This document shows, in pieces, positions 9,841 through 18,719 of a DNA stretch of 64,000 nt. A model generated the notes under the pieces. That model was not told where the DNA came from. It worked only from the letters and a program-made list of their open reading frames with translations, and did no database searches. Positions within the stretch are counted from its first letter, which is position 1. Every line of letters begins with the position of its first letter. Source of the stretch: Ostreococcus lucimarinus (Eukaryota); assembly GCA_000092065.1 (NCBI GenBank), contig CP000593.1; one strand, written 5' to 3'. A program made the position numbers and the translations under genes.

Positions 9841-10338
9841 TCAAGCCAAGCCGCGTAACTCATCTACCGTAAATTGATACTTGTCGAGACTGCGCTTCGA
9901 AGGCAGCGTGCCGCGCGCTCGGGCATTCTTGAGGCACGTCTTGCGCAGTATTCCTTTTGCGTGCTGCTTGTAATAATTGAGTTGTCTGTAGTTACCATCG
10001 CCGCCGTCCCGCTTCGGCGTATATTGAGCTCTGCTGTAGGCTGGACTCTCGTCCACGTTCTCGCGGCACGCGTGTTTCTGGCTGCGTCCAGCAGCTCGGG
10101 AGTTGAATAAGCCGTCACGCTTCTCTCTCATGTAGGCACCTTTACGTTGATGGAGCTCTCCAGCTGGAATGTCCTTTTCGAGAACTCTCACGTCCGCGTC
10201 GCCAAACGTGAAGATTGGATGTCGTGCGTATTTATGCGAGGCAAGGCGCGCTCTGAGCGAACCCGTCGTCGATCCGATGTACGTTTTGTTACATTTCGCA
10301 TTATCGCTAAACATTTCGTACACGCATCCCGACGGCAT
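9841..10338 (-). CDS. Small GIY-YIG nuclease-domain protein
   Basis: ATG at 10336-10338. N-terminus CVYEMFSDNAKCNKTYIGSTTGSLRARLASHKY matches the GIY-(10)-YIG...R...H catalytic motif. It lies in an AT-rich island next to the SINE copy. Confidence 0.6.
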   Translation of the reverse strand: MPSGCVYEMFSDNAKCNKTYIGSTTGSLRARLASHKYARHPIFTFGDADVRVLEKDIPAGELHQRKGAYMREKRDGLFNSRAAGRSQKHACRENVDESPAYSRAQYTPKRDGGDGNYRQLNYYKQHAKGILRKTCLKNARARGTLPSKRSLDKYQFTVDELRGLA

Positions 10339-10516
10339 TTGTCCTGGTTACCTATCTATCCCTAAGAAAATATTGTTGCCAAAAGTGCCTCCTCCTGCGG
10401 TTTGCAGTCACATCCGAGAGACCATAGGTACGCGTATCGCTGCGTGGGCTGCAAGGTCCGGAATGTAGATACCGAACCGCCTGATTTCACACCTGGACGT
10501 TCGTGATCCGTCGAGA

Positions 10517-10707
10517 CCTGACGAAATGACGAACTTGTTTTGTCGTCCACAAATTCGTCAACCCGTCGTTCGGTGACACTTTGTGTGTACCAATGATGAA
10601 AATGACGAAATGTTAAAATATTTTAATGTTTATTTTTATTTTAGATCTATGACAAGCAACAGTGTGGACCTTTATGAAAACAGTTCGTCATTCGTCATTT
10701 CGTCAGG
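10517..10707. repeat. MITE-like element or hairpin: terminal inverted repeats of about 18-25 bp (cctgacgaaatgacgaac ... gttcgtcattcgtcatttcgtcagg) flanking a roughly 150-bp AT-rich core
   Basis: The reverse complement of the right arm matches the left arm; the arms contain an internal gacgaat tandem. Confidence 0.45.
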
Positions 10708-11169
10708 ATCCAAACCATGGTCTTTTTGGTGTCTCGTTGAGTCTTCATATTGCAAATGTACGAATTACAAAATTAGTATGAGCACCAGACGACCGCCGGC
10801 GCGAGCTCCGTCTCCCCTGTGTACCCATTGTCCTTCAGCCACTCGAAGCACCCGTCGCGGTGAATTTCCCAATAGACGCCCTTCTCGTCTCTACCTTGCC
10901 TCAGGTGGTCCTCTTCCATTGGGACCCTGTGGCCCTTTTCCTTCTTGAAGAAGTCCTTGAGCTTATTGCCGACCTTCGTCGCGCTATCTTGACCGCGCGC
11001 AGCCGCTGGCAACCACGTCTGGTATTCGATGAAGATGTCACTGTGTGCATAAAAATGACTTGCGCTCACATCGGTGTGGGCTCACTATAAAGGACAAGCT
11101 TACATGTCGGAAGAGTTGCCCGAGTCCACATCTCCACCCTGTTCCGCTTCAGTGTCACCTAGAAAGACA

Positions 11170-12810
11170 TCAGACTAAGCCGTCGTTTTGAGAGGGCGCC
11201 GACTTTGCCTTTGGTTTTGCCTTCGACTTTGAAGTGGGTTGCGGCCTGATCTCCTCTTCGATCTCCTCGTCGTCGACCAAATCTTCGTCGATTTCTTCGT
11301 CGTCTTCGTCATCGACTTCGTCGTCTTCGTCTTCGTCGTCTTCGTCTAGAAAGACATCACCCATGACTGCTCTCCAGCCATCAGAACCCATTTCGAATTC
11401 TTCGTCGGTCAAGAGGCAAGAGTCCAACGTTGATTGAATTTCATCGTATTTAAGATCCTTGCCAATGAACACCAGTTCTTGTCGGCGATCACCATAAGGC
11501 CCCTCCCAGTCTTTACGAAGTTCTTGCTTTATCCCCTGTGAGCCGACCCAAGCATTTTTATTCAGCGCGGTCCATCGGCTTGATCCTTCGAGAGAGTAAA
11601 TATTACCAGCCTGACTGAAAACAATTATCAAGTCGTGGGCATCACTGAGCCACGTTACACCCTTCGAACGTAGCAGCACACCAATTTCACCTTCCCTTTT
11701 ACGGCGCTTGAGTTTCATCGCTTCTTGTCGCGCTCGAATATCTTTCACTGCACTCCAGTCTACACTTGGTGTCTCTTCATCTTTTTCTTCATCACGGTCA
11801 TCGGCCTCGAGGGAGCTGAAGAAGCGCTCGACAAATGAGCCTAAAAACCGTTTGGGATGAAAAGGTCTTCTGGCTCGGTAAATGAAAGACGTAATACCGA
11901 ACCGACTATCGTGACGTGTTTGGGAAGAACTTGGTGCAAGCGTGACCTCGCTTAAGGCTGTTTCTCTCATGCGAGCTCGCTTACAGCATGGAGACTCACC
12001 TTTGTCCCTAGCGCCGGCGCAGCATGACTTCACAGATGTTGCTTCTATCTCTTGTTCCCATGTTATGAAACCAGCAAAGTCATTCTCTTTGTAAAGTTTT
12101 GTATTGACGATTCGCGTAACGTCGATCGCGCCGTTCACAGCTTCAAGAATATCAGCACGTGAATTGAGAAGTTGTATCTGCGCTTTAATCTCGGCGAGTT
12201 GTTCGTCATCGACAGTGTCGACCTTGTTCAATACGACGACATTCGCGTACTCTATCTGTTCAGCCAACAATTGAGAGTAAGACTGCCTGTTCACAGCTGA
12301 CGCCCTGAAAGAATCAATCATGTCGAGAAAGTCACCTGCAGCGATGACCGTCACGCACGTATCCAGCCGCGCCAGTGTGCTCAAATGTTCATGCTCATCA
12401 ACGTGCGCAGCTTCATGATCGTGATCGTCCTCACAATTTGCGAAGAGTTTCGCAATTTCCGCCGGTTCCGACACTCCTGATGCCTCTACGATCATGTAGT
12501 CAAAATTGCCACTCTTGGCCATGTCCCCGATTTGTTTTACAAAGTCTCCGCTCAACGAACAGCACACGCATCCGTTCTGCATGGCAACCACCTCGTCGCT
12601 CTGCAGCAAAGCGGAATCATCGATTAATTTTTTGTCGATGTTCAACTCCGCGACGTCGTTCACGACGACGGCACACCGAAACTTTCCGTTCGCGTCTCGC
12701 TTAGCTTCGAGCACGCGTTTCAGAGTTGTCGTCTTCCCAGCGCCGAGGAACCCGCACAGCGTTGTCACCGGCAATCGATTATGATTGGCGATTGCGGCGG
12801 GTGTGGACAT
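11170..12810 (-). CDS. COG0523 / CobW-domain GTPase (zinc metallochaperone, ZNG1/CBWD-like) with a His-rich segment and an acidic C-terminal tail
   Basis: P-loop GFLGAGKTT and NKVD; His-rich CEDDHDHEAAHVDEHEH; CobW C-terminal domain; poly-D/E tail. The track start at 12915 is GTG; the first ATG is at 12808-12810 (MSTPAAIANHNRLPVTTLCGFLGAGKTT). Confidence 0.85.
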   Translation of the reverse strand: MSTPAAIANHNRLPVTTLCGFLGAGKTTTLKRVLEAKRDANGKFRCAVVVNDVAELNIDKKLIDDSALLQSDEVVAMQNGCVCCSLSGDFVKQIGDMAKSGNFDYMIVEASGVSEPAEIAKLFANCEDDHDHEAAHVDEHEHLSTLARLDTCVTVIAAGDFLDMIDSFRASAVNRQSYSQLLAEQIEYANVVVLNKVDTVDDEQLAEIKAQIQLLNSRADILEAVNGAIDVTRIVNTKLYKENDFAGFITWEQEIEATSVKSCCAGARDKGESPCCKRARMRETALSEVTLAPSSSQTRHDSRFGITSFIYRARRPFHPKRFLGSFVERFFSSLEADDRDEEKDEETPSVDWSAVKDIRARQEAMKLKRRKREGEIGVLLRSKGVTWLSDAHDLIIVFSQAGNIYSLEGSSRWTALNKNAWVGSQGIKQELRKDWEGPYGDRRQELVFIGKDLKYDEIQSTLDSCLLTDEEFEMGSDGWRAVMGDVFLDEDDEDEDDEVDDEDDEEIDEDLVDDEEIEEEIRPQPTSKSKAKPKAKSAPSQNDGLV

Positions 12811-12986
12811 GATGTACGGCGATCGACGTCTCCGCGCGCGAACGAGCCGAAGAGGCGTCGCGAAGTGCGGCGATGCGCGCGCGTCGTGCACGTGTCGACG
12901 ATTCGCGTCGTGCACGTGTCGAGGATCGTCGTACGCGACGCCCCGCGAAGCCCATCACGGATCGCGTCGCGACGCGCGTCGTAAAC

Positions 12987-13143
12987 ATGTCGACACGCAT
13001 GTCGACATATTTACCCACGCGCGTGTACGCATTGAACCCCGTGATGCATCTATATACGAAAAACGTCTCGACGCACATGTCGACATATTTCGACATATCC
13101 AAGTACCACCGAGATGTGTCGACACTGCGGCGGATGTCGACAT
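12987..13143. promoter_or_regulatory. Cluster of five perfect 10-bp palindromes RTGTCGACAY (ZDRE-like zinc-deficiency response elements) plus one half-site, in the promoter shared by the COG0523 and ZIP genes
   Basis: ATGTCGACAC at 12987-12996; ATGTCGACAT at 12999-13008; ATGTCGACAT at 13077-13086; half-site TCGACAT at 13090-13096; GTGTCGACAC at 13116-13125; ATGTCGACAT at 13134-13143. All lie between the CobW ATG (12810, minus) and the ZIP ATG (13273 or 13369, plus). Confidence 0.6.
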
Positions 13144-13272
13144 TTTGTCGTTCGCGAGTCGTGACTTATAAACGACCGCCCTCCATCGCGCCGGTTCGGT
13201 TCGTATGCCGCTTTAGTTTGTGCGCAGCCGCACTTACCGACGCCGGCGAAGACGACGACGACGACGGAAACG

Positions 13273-14802
13273 ATGACGAACGAAAACACGAAGAACACGA
13301 AGACGACGATGCCGCCGCGCGAACGCGCACGCGGTGCGAGGACGGTCGAGCGACGACGAGGGCGAACGATGCGCTGCGCGAGCGCGCTCGGTGGTGGCAT
13401 CGCGATCGTCGCGAGCGCGCTCGCGCAGCGCGGCGCGCACGCGTCCGGCGCGCACGCATTCGAATGGGCTGGAATCTTTGAGACGCCAGAGAATGAATAC
13501 GTGTGGCAGGCGCAAAAGGTGGCCGATAAGTACGCCGCCGATACCATGAAAATGGTCATCTACGACGAAATCGCCGCCGGACACGACGAGCTCGAAGCCC
13601 GCGAGGATAGCGGTGATACCGCAATCGGGGGAGCTTGTACGACGGCTAAGATACGAGATAGTGTTTTGACACCTGATAGTGGGTGTGTCAACCTTGAATT
13701 TGACAACACCTGGCACACGACGCCGTTTAAGATTAATACGACTGGCATCGACGCGATCTCAATCTTCGCTGAGCACGTTCCCACCGAGTTCGAGCGCGAC
13801 GCGCACTATCTCAAGGACCTCCACGGAGATGACGTGGTGCCAAAAGCTTCACTTCCCGAAGCATCCACCGTGAGCGAATCGAAATCAAAACCGTGGGCCA
13901 ACGCCATTGGGGCGGCAATTATCGTCAATATCGTCACACTTTCTGGTGTGGTCTTTCTCATCCCGAGTATCGCTAAGAAGCAGAAAGCGTACCCTGAAAC
14001 TGTGAGTTGCACAATTAACTCGTTTGCCGCCGGCGCACTTCTTTCGGCTGCGTTTTATCTGATGTTCTACGAAGCCACGCATTTAATCAAACCTGCTGGC
14101 TCGGATGAGGCAGAGCAGACCGCATGGTGGGCTTCCGCTTCTATCTTCGGCTTTCTCATGGCCTACTTCATCGACTTTGGTATCTCTGTCGTGTTCCCAA
14201 CTCTTGGAAATACAGCGAAGACAACCGATGCGGAACTTGCAGTCAAAGGCGCTCAAGATGACTGTGATACTTGTACTTGTAACTCACACAAGTATCGCGT
14301 TCGAAGTGGTATCATTCTTGGAGATTTCATGCACAACCTAGTGGATGGTATTTTCATTGGCTTCGGCTTTCTGAACTGCGACAGTACCATGGGATGGTCG
14401 ATCACCGCCGCGACCGTCTATCACGAAATCGCTCAAGAGCTTGCTGACTACTTGGTGCTCGTAGACCCCTTCCAGGGCGATCTCGCGCCGTTGCCGACGC
14501 TGACTTTAAACTTCGTTTCCGGCTTGAGTGTCATTCTTGGCGTCCTCATTAGTGTTGGATCGGGAAATAACAACGACTTCTGGCATGGACTGCTGCTCGC
14601 CTTCGGTGCTGGAGTCTATCTGCAAATCGCCGCCGCAGAGTGCATGCCCCGAGTATCAGTGAGCGCCACTTCACCTCGTCTTCGCGCGACGAGCATTCTC
14701 ACCTTCATCGTCGGCGTTGTTGCCATCAGTCTCGTGCTCCTCAACCACAAGCATTGCACAGGCGGTGGCGGTGGCGGAGACTCACACGCACACGCGCACT
14801 AA
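13273..14802 (+). CDS. ZIP-family (Zrt/Irt-like) metal transporter
   Basis: ZIP signature in TM helices (GDFMHNLVDGIFIG ... YHEIAQELADYLVL). ATG at 13273; an alternative ATG at 13369 gives a signal-peptide-like start MRCASALGGGIAIVASALAQRGAHA. Confidence 0.85.
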   Translation: MTNENTKNTKTTMPPRERARGARTVERRRGRTMRCASALGGGIAIVASALAQRGAHASGAHAFEWAGIFETPENEYVWQAQKVADKYAADTMKMVIYDEIAAGHDELEAREDSGDTAIGGACTTAKIRDSVLTPDSGCVNLEFDNTWHTTPFKINTTGIDAISIFAEHVPTEFERDAHYLKDLHGDDVVPKASLPEASTVSESKSKPWANAIGAAIIVNIVTLSGVVFLIPSIAKKQKAYPETVSCTINSFAAGALLSAAFYLMFYEATHLIKPAGSDEAEQTAWWASASIFGFLMAYFIDFGISVVFPTLGNTAKTTDAELAVKGAQDDCDTCTCNSHKYRVRSGIILGDFMHNLVDGIFIGFGFLNCDSTMGWSITAATVYHEIAQELADYLVLVDPFQGDLAPLPTLTLNFVSGLSVILGVLISVGSGNNNDFWHGLLLAFGAGVYLQIAAAECMPRVSVSATSPRLRATSILTFIVGVVAISLVLLNHKHCTGGGGGGDSHAHAH

Positions 14803-15026
14803 TGAGAGCGGTAAAAAAATGTCAATTACTATCAAATCAAGTTGTGGCAAACACACCCACGGCCACTGACGGAGATCTATTTTTCAAGCTAGAGGATCAT
14901 ATAAATTGTAAATCGAAACGCTCTTCGTAATTTACGGCACCTGTTCCTCGATCTCCTGGCGAACATCGATGAATTATTTCGATAAGATGTCCCAGATGTT
15001 ACCCACACCACGGTACTTGTGAAGCT

Positions 15027-15369
15027 TAATCCAGATACGCGCGCACGCCTTTCTGAAGCATGGTCGGTACCTCGGCTTTCAACTTGTCTGGGAGCGTCGC
15101 GTCGGCGTCCTTGACCTCGCGCAGAAAATCGAGCACCCTATTGGTGGAGAACTGTCAGGGAAGGATCCAAGGTGGCGGCATTTGATACACAGGTTGCGCC
15201 AGGCTTTGTTAGACAGCAACGGACTCGATTTTACATCATCCGCCAGTATTGCAATTCCTACACGCTTCCCATTTAGCCAGTGCTTGGGCTCCTCGAATTG
15301 GTCTGTTTCGGGATTATACAGACTGAGCATCTCTGGGGTCAAATACTCGTCCCACACGGAGGCGTTCAT
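15027..15369 (-). CDS. Small hypothetical protein, tentative two-exon model
   Basis: Exon 1 runs from the ATG at 15369 (MNASVWDEYLTPEMLSLYNPETDQFEEPKHWLNGKRVGIAILADD). A putative GTAAAA donor, TCTAAC branch and pyrimidine-rich ...ccttccctgacag acceptor join it to exon 2, FSTNRVLDFLREVKDADATLPDKLKAEVPTMLQKGVRAYLD*. Unspliced, the frame reads into a low-complexity tail. Weak model. Confidence 0.25.
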
Positions 15370-15432
15370 CAGGTGCCCATCGAGTTCCTTGTATTGCTTC
15401 AATCTCGTCGCGGTATCTCTGTAAACAATTTT

Positions 15433-15660
15433 GCTGGTAGAGTGTCAGACTGTTAGGAAAAAGTCTCCGTCGAATATGACGGCTGCTCCGATAGAGATCT
15501 GGAAGCCGCGGGATCGAAACCCGCAGGAAGAGATGTGTCGACATCACACCTTACTTTTTCCCACACCCGATTGTCCGTGATGGAAAAGCGACACGACAAC
15601 ACTGTGACTTTCGTCGTTTCGGGGTGACGGATAGTACTTTAAAAAATTTATCGCTGTGAG
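15433..15660 (+). mobile_element. Second, 5'-truncated copy of the tRNA-Asn-derived SINE-like element
   Basis: About 98% identical to 9498-9725 (two to three substitutions). It lacks the 5' acceptor stem and part of the D-arm, as expected for a 5'-truncated retroposed copy, and sits between the JmjC gene's 3' end and a small gene. Confidence 0.6.
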
Positions 15661-15770
15661 ATTCACCCCCATGGGGGGAGCTCGGCTTCCCTGATTTTTT
15701 TGTCACTTTTTCACGACGCCGCGAACCCCTCGTCCCGAACTCCGAGACGCGACGCGAGACATCCATCCCA

Positions 15771-16943
15771 TCACACGAGTCGCCCCCCCGCGAGATAATC
15801 GGCGACTCGCACGACGCGCGCGTTCGCGTCGAACGCGCCCGCGTGGACGTCGTCGTCGCCCGCCGCGAGCGCGGCGCCTTCGTCGTCGAAATCCACCTCG
15901 TCGAGCGCTCGGTAGCTCTCCATCAACGCGGGATCTTTGGCGGCCATGAGCTTTAAATCTTCCAACACGCGGTCCAGATTGACGTCGTCGACGAAGTTTC
16001 CCGCGAACGCCACCGTGCAATCGAGGTTTCGAACGGCGTGCGGCGAGCCGCCCGGCACGAAAAGCACCTCGCCCGGGCCAAGATCGACGTCCCATCGGCG
16101 CGCGCCGAATTCACGCGGGAGCGGTAACATTCCCATCTCTTCTTGTTCCTCCAACGGTGGCATCGCGGGATCGAGCGTGCCGCGCGACCAGCTCGGCCGT
16201 AAAAACGCGAGCGATTCGCGCGAGAAGACGGTCCATCGCTTCGTGCCGCGCACCACGGCCATGAAAAAGTGCCCCTGCCACTGATCGACGTGCAGGGACG
16301 ATCGCGTGTTCTTCGCGGCGACAAACAAGCTCGGCCACGACCGTGAAAATGCCGTCAATCGCATCGTGCGCTGCATGTAATCGTGTGCCACGTACGCCGG
16401 TACGCGCACGCTCTCCGACAACGACGGCAGCTTGAGCGGAATCGACGTGTCGTACAAGTAACTCCCCGCCCCTCGATCGTCCACGACTTCCGCGAAAAAG
16501 TCCTTTAAATCCAAAACGTCCGTCACCTCGCACGACAGCGTCGCGCGTCGGTGACCATCCTTCCTCGTGACGGCGACTTTTTTATTCCCGGCGCGCCGCG
16601 TCAACCACGCGCACGTCTCGCCGTCCGCGCCGTCCTCCGTCAGCGCGCTCCCGAGCCCCTCGATCACGACCGGGGTATCCGTGGCGACGTATTCGAGTCG
16701 AAAACGTCGCGGCGTGAGATCGCGCGCGTGCACGCGCGCGACGTCGCGTCCCGTCGTCGTCGGTTTTTCGACACCCGAATCTGCGGCGGCGGCGGCGGCG
16801 AGCGTCGCGCGCGCGCGCTCGACGCGCGCGACGATCGCGTCGACGTACGCGCGACGACCGTCGTCGGTCTCTCGGGCAGCGCGCGCGGCGAGATCGGCGC
16901 GCTCGACGTCGAGGCGCGCGATCTCTTCGTCGAAAAGCGTCAT
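15771..16943 (-). CDS. JmjC (cupin-like) domain protein
   Basis: ATG at 16941-16943. JmjC core: WQGHFFMAVVRGTKRWTVFS ... EVLFVPGGSPHAVRNLDCTVAFAGNF. Confidence 0.7.
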   Translation of the reverse strand: MTLFDEEIARLDVERADLAARAARETDDGRRAYVDAIVARVERARATLAAAAAADSGVEKPTTTGRDVARVHARDLTPRRFRLEYVATDTPVVIEGLGSALTEDGADGETCAWLTRRAGNKKVAVTRKDGHRRATLSCEVTDVLDLKDFFAEVVDDRGAGSYLYDTSIPLKLPSLSESVRVPAYVAHDYMQRTMRLTAFSRSWPSLFVAAKNTRSSLHVDQWQGHFFMAVVRGTKRWTVFSRESLAFLRPSWSRGTLDPAMPPLEEQEEMGMLPLPREFGARRWDVDLGPGEVLFVPGGSPHAVRNLDCTVAFAGNFVDDVNLDRVLEDLKLMAAKDPALMESYRALDEVDFDDEGAALAAGDDDVHAGAFDANARVVRVADYLAGGRLV

Positions 16944-17055
16944 CTTGTGCGGGACGGCGTCGGCTCGACCGCGCTCGACTCACTGCGACTGGCTCTGACT
17001 CTTCTACATCTTCGGGACGCGGCGTCCCGATCCCTAACGCGTTCGCCGTCGCGAC

Positions 17056-18285
17056 CTATCGTCGCGGCGCCTCGTCGTCGTCGTCCGCGGCGCGCTCTAA
17101 CAACCGTCGCGCGGCTTCGAAGACGCTAAAAGTAATCGCGCTCGCGGGGGCGGACTTGATCAGACTCGGCATCAAGCCCTTGTAAAACCCACCCACGCCC
17201 TCGCTGCGCGCGATCGTTCGCACGGCGGCGAAGAAACTTTTGTACGCGCCCGCGTCGACGCGTTGGCCGTAGGCTAAACTTCGAGAGAATCCGGCGACTT
17301 GGAATCGTTTCTTGACGACGTCGAGCGGGTGAATGACGAGCCGCGCGATGGTGCCCGCGGCGAACCCGCACGCGAAATCGTTCTCCCCGAACACTTCGGG
17401 GAGGTTTGATTTCAACGCAGCGTACGAGCCGAACTGCACCGCGCTCGCGGGAACGATCTCGGCGAGCGTCACGGAGACGCCCGCGTACAAACCTTTGGCG
17501 ACGCCGCGTTCGCGAACGACGCCGAGCGCGGCGTCGAACACGTTATTATACACCTTCGGGTGACCCTGACTCGCCAGTAACGTTCGAATGACATCGAACG
17601 GGTACGTCGCCACCGTCGCCACCGATCCCGCGGCGGCGCCACCGATGAAACTCACCGGCAGTCCCGCCGTCGATCCCGGTTTCGCGCGCTCCCGCTCCCT
17701 CGCCGCCTCCTTAAACTTATTCAACACCGTGAACTGTATCGCCGTGTACGGCACCCACAGCAGCAGCGCCGGCACCGTCCCCGCCCACATCGCGCGCCCC
17801 CCCTCCTCGCGCAGTATCGTCCGCGTCGCGTCCGCCAGCCCTCGATACTTCCCGCTCGCGCCTCGCTCGACTTGCACCTGCAACCGAATCTTAATCACGT
17901 CCAACGGCGCCACGCACACGCGCGCCGTCGCGCCCGCCAGCGCGCCCGCCGTCGTCGTCACCCACACCGCCGTCGTTCGCGCGTCCTCGCTCGCGTCCCT
18001 CGCGATTCGCGTCCTCCCTCTCGTCGCGTCTCGCGTCGTCGTCGCCGTCGTCCCGCTCGCGGCTCGCGCGCGCGCCTCCTCTCGCGTCCCTTCGCGTCGT
18101 TTCGCCGACGTCGACGCCTCCGCGCCGCGCGCGCTCGCGCGCGACATCGTCGCCGTCGTCACCGTCGCCGCGAGCGTCGCCGCGGCGAGCGCGCGCGTCG
18201 CGCGCGTCGTCGTCTCGCGTCGCTTTCCGCGCGCGTGGAATTGGAATTTGAATCCCGGCGCGCCGTCGCCGAACGCCGCGCGCAT
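17056..18285 (-). CDS. Mitochondrial carrier family protein (SLC25), thiamine-pyrophosphate-carrier-like
   Basis: Three carrier repeats (PLDVIKIRLQVQ; PFDVIRTLLASQ; PLDVVKKRFQVAG) and YRGLADATRTILREEG, resembling TPC1/SLC25A19. ATG at 18283-18285; an internal ATG (MSRASARG) is an alternative start. Confidence 0.8.
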   Translation of the reverse strand: MRAAFGDGAPGFKFQFHARGKRRETTTRATRALAAATLAATVTTATMSRASARGAEASTSAKRREGTREEARARAASGTTATTTRDATRGRTRIARDASEDARTTAVWVTTTAGALAGATARVCVAPLDVIKIRLQVQVERGASGKYRGLADATRTILREEGGRAMWAGTVPALLLWVPYTAIQFTVLNKFKEAARERERAKPGSTAGLPVSFIGGAAAGSVATVATYPFDVIRTLLASQGHPKVYNNVFDAALGVVRERGVAKGLYAGVSVTLAEIVPASAVQFGSYAALKSNLPEVFGENDFACGFAAGTIARLVIHPLDVVKKRFQVAGFSRSLAYGQRVDAGAYKSFFAAVRTIARSEGVGGFYKGLMPSLIKSAPASAITFSVFEAARRLLERAADDDDEAPRR

Positions 18286-18668
18286 TCGCGCGCCGCGCCG
18301 GCGCGTTCGAACGCCGACGTTCGAGCGCGCGTCGCGTCGTCGCGTCGGCGCCGCGCCGCGCCGACGTCTCGCGCGATTCGACGGCGCGCGCGCGATCGAG
18401 CGCGCGACGATGCTTACACTAAACTATCACGTACACTAAATACACACACCCGTATGTCCGAATACGTACGACCAGTATTGTGATTCATATTTACCCCATC
18501 ACGTATATTTTCTCGAAACGCTATCCACGACGGCGCCACGCGCCACACCGCGACGCGACGCGACCGCGCGACGCGCCGGCGCGCGCTCGACCGCGCGCGC
18601 GCGACTCGAGCGTCGACTCGACCGCGCTCGACCGCGCGCGAGCGCCGACGGACGCCGCGGTGGCGACG

Positions 18669-18688
18669 ATGCCGACGACGACGATGCG

Positions 18689-18719
<31 letters not shown>

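Noticed and set aside
15419-15667. Possibility that SINE copy 2 is a Micromonas-type introner element (repetitive intron) in a minus-strand gene; its reverse complement begins GTGAAT and ends TTTACAG
   Set aside because: No coding exon was found upstream in the same orientation, since the JmjC gene ends at 15771 with its own stop. The element also has a tRNA-like head, a hallmark of SINEs rather than introners. Kept as an alternative to test with RNA-seq.
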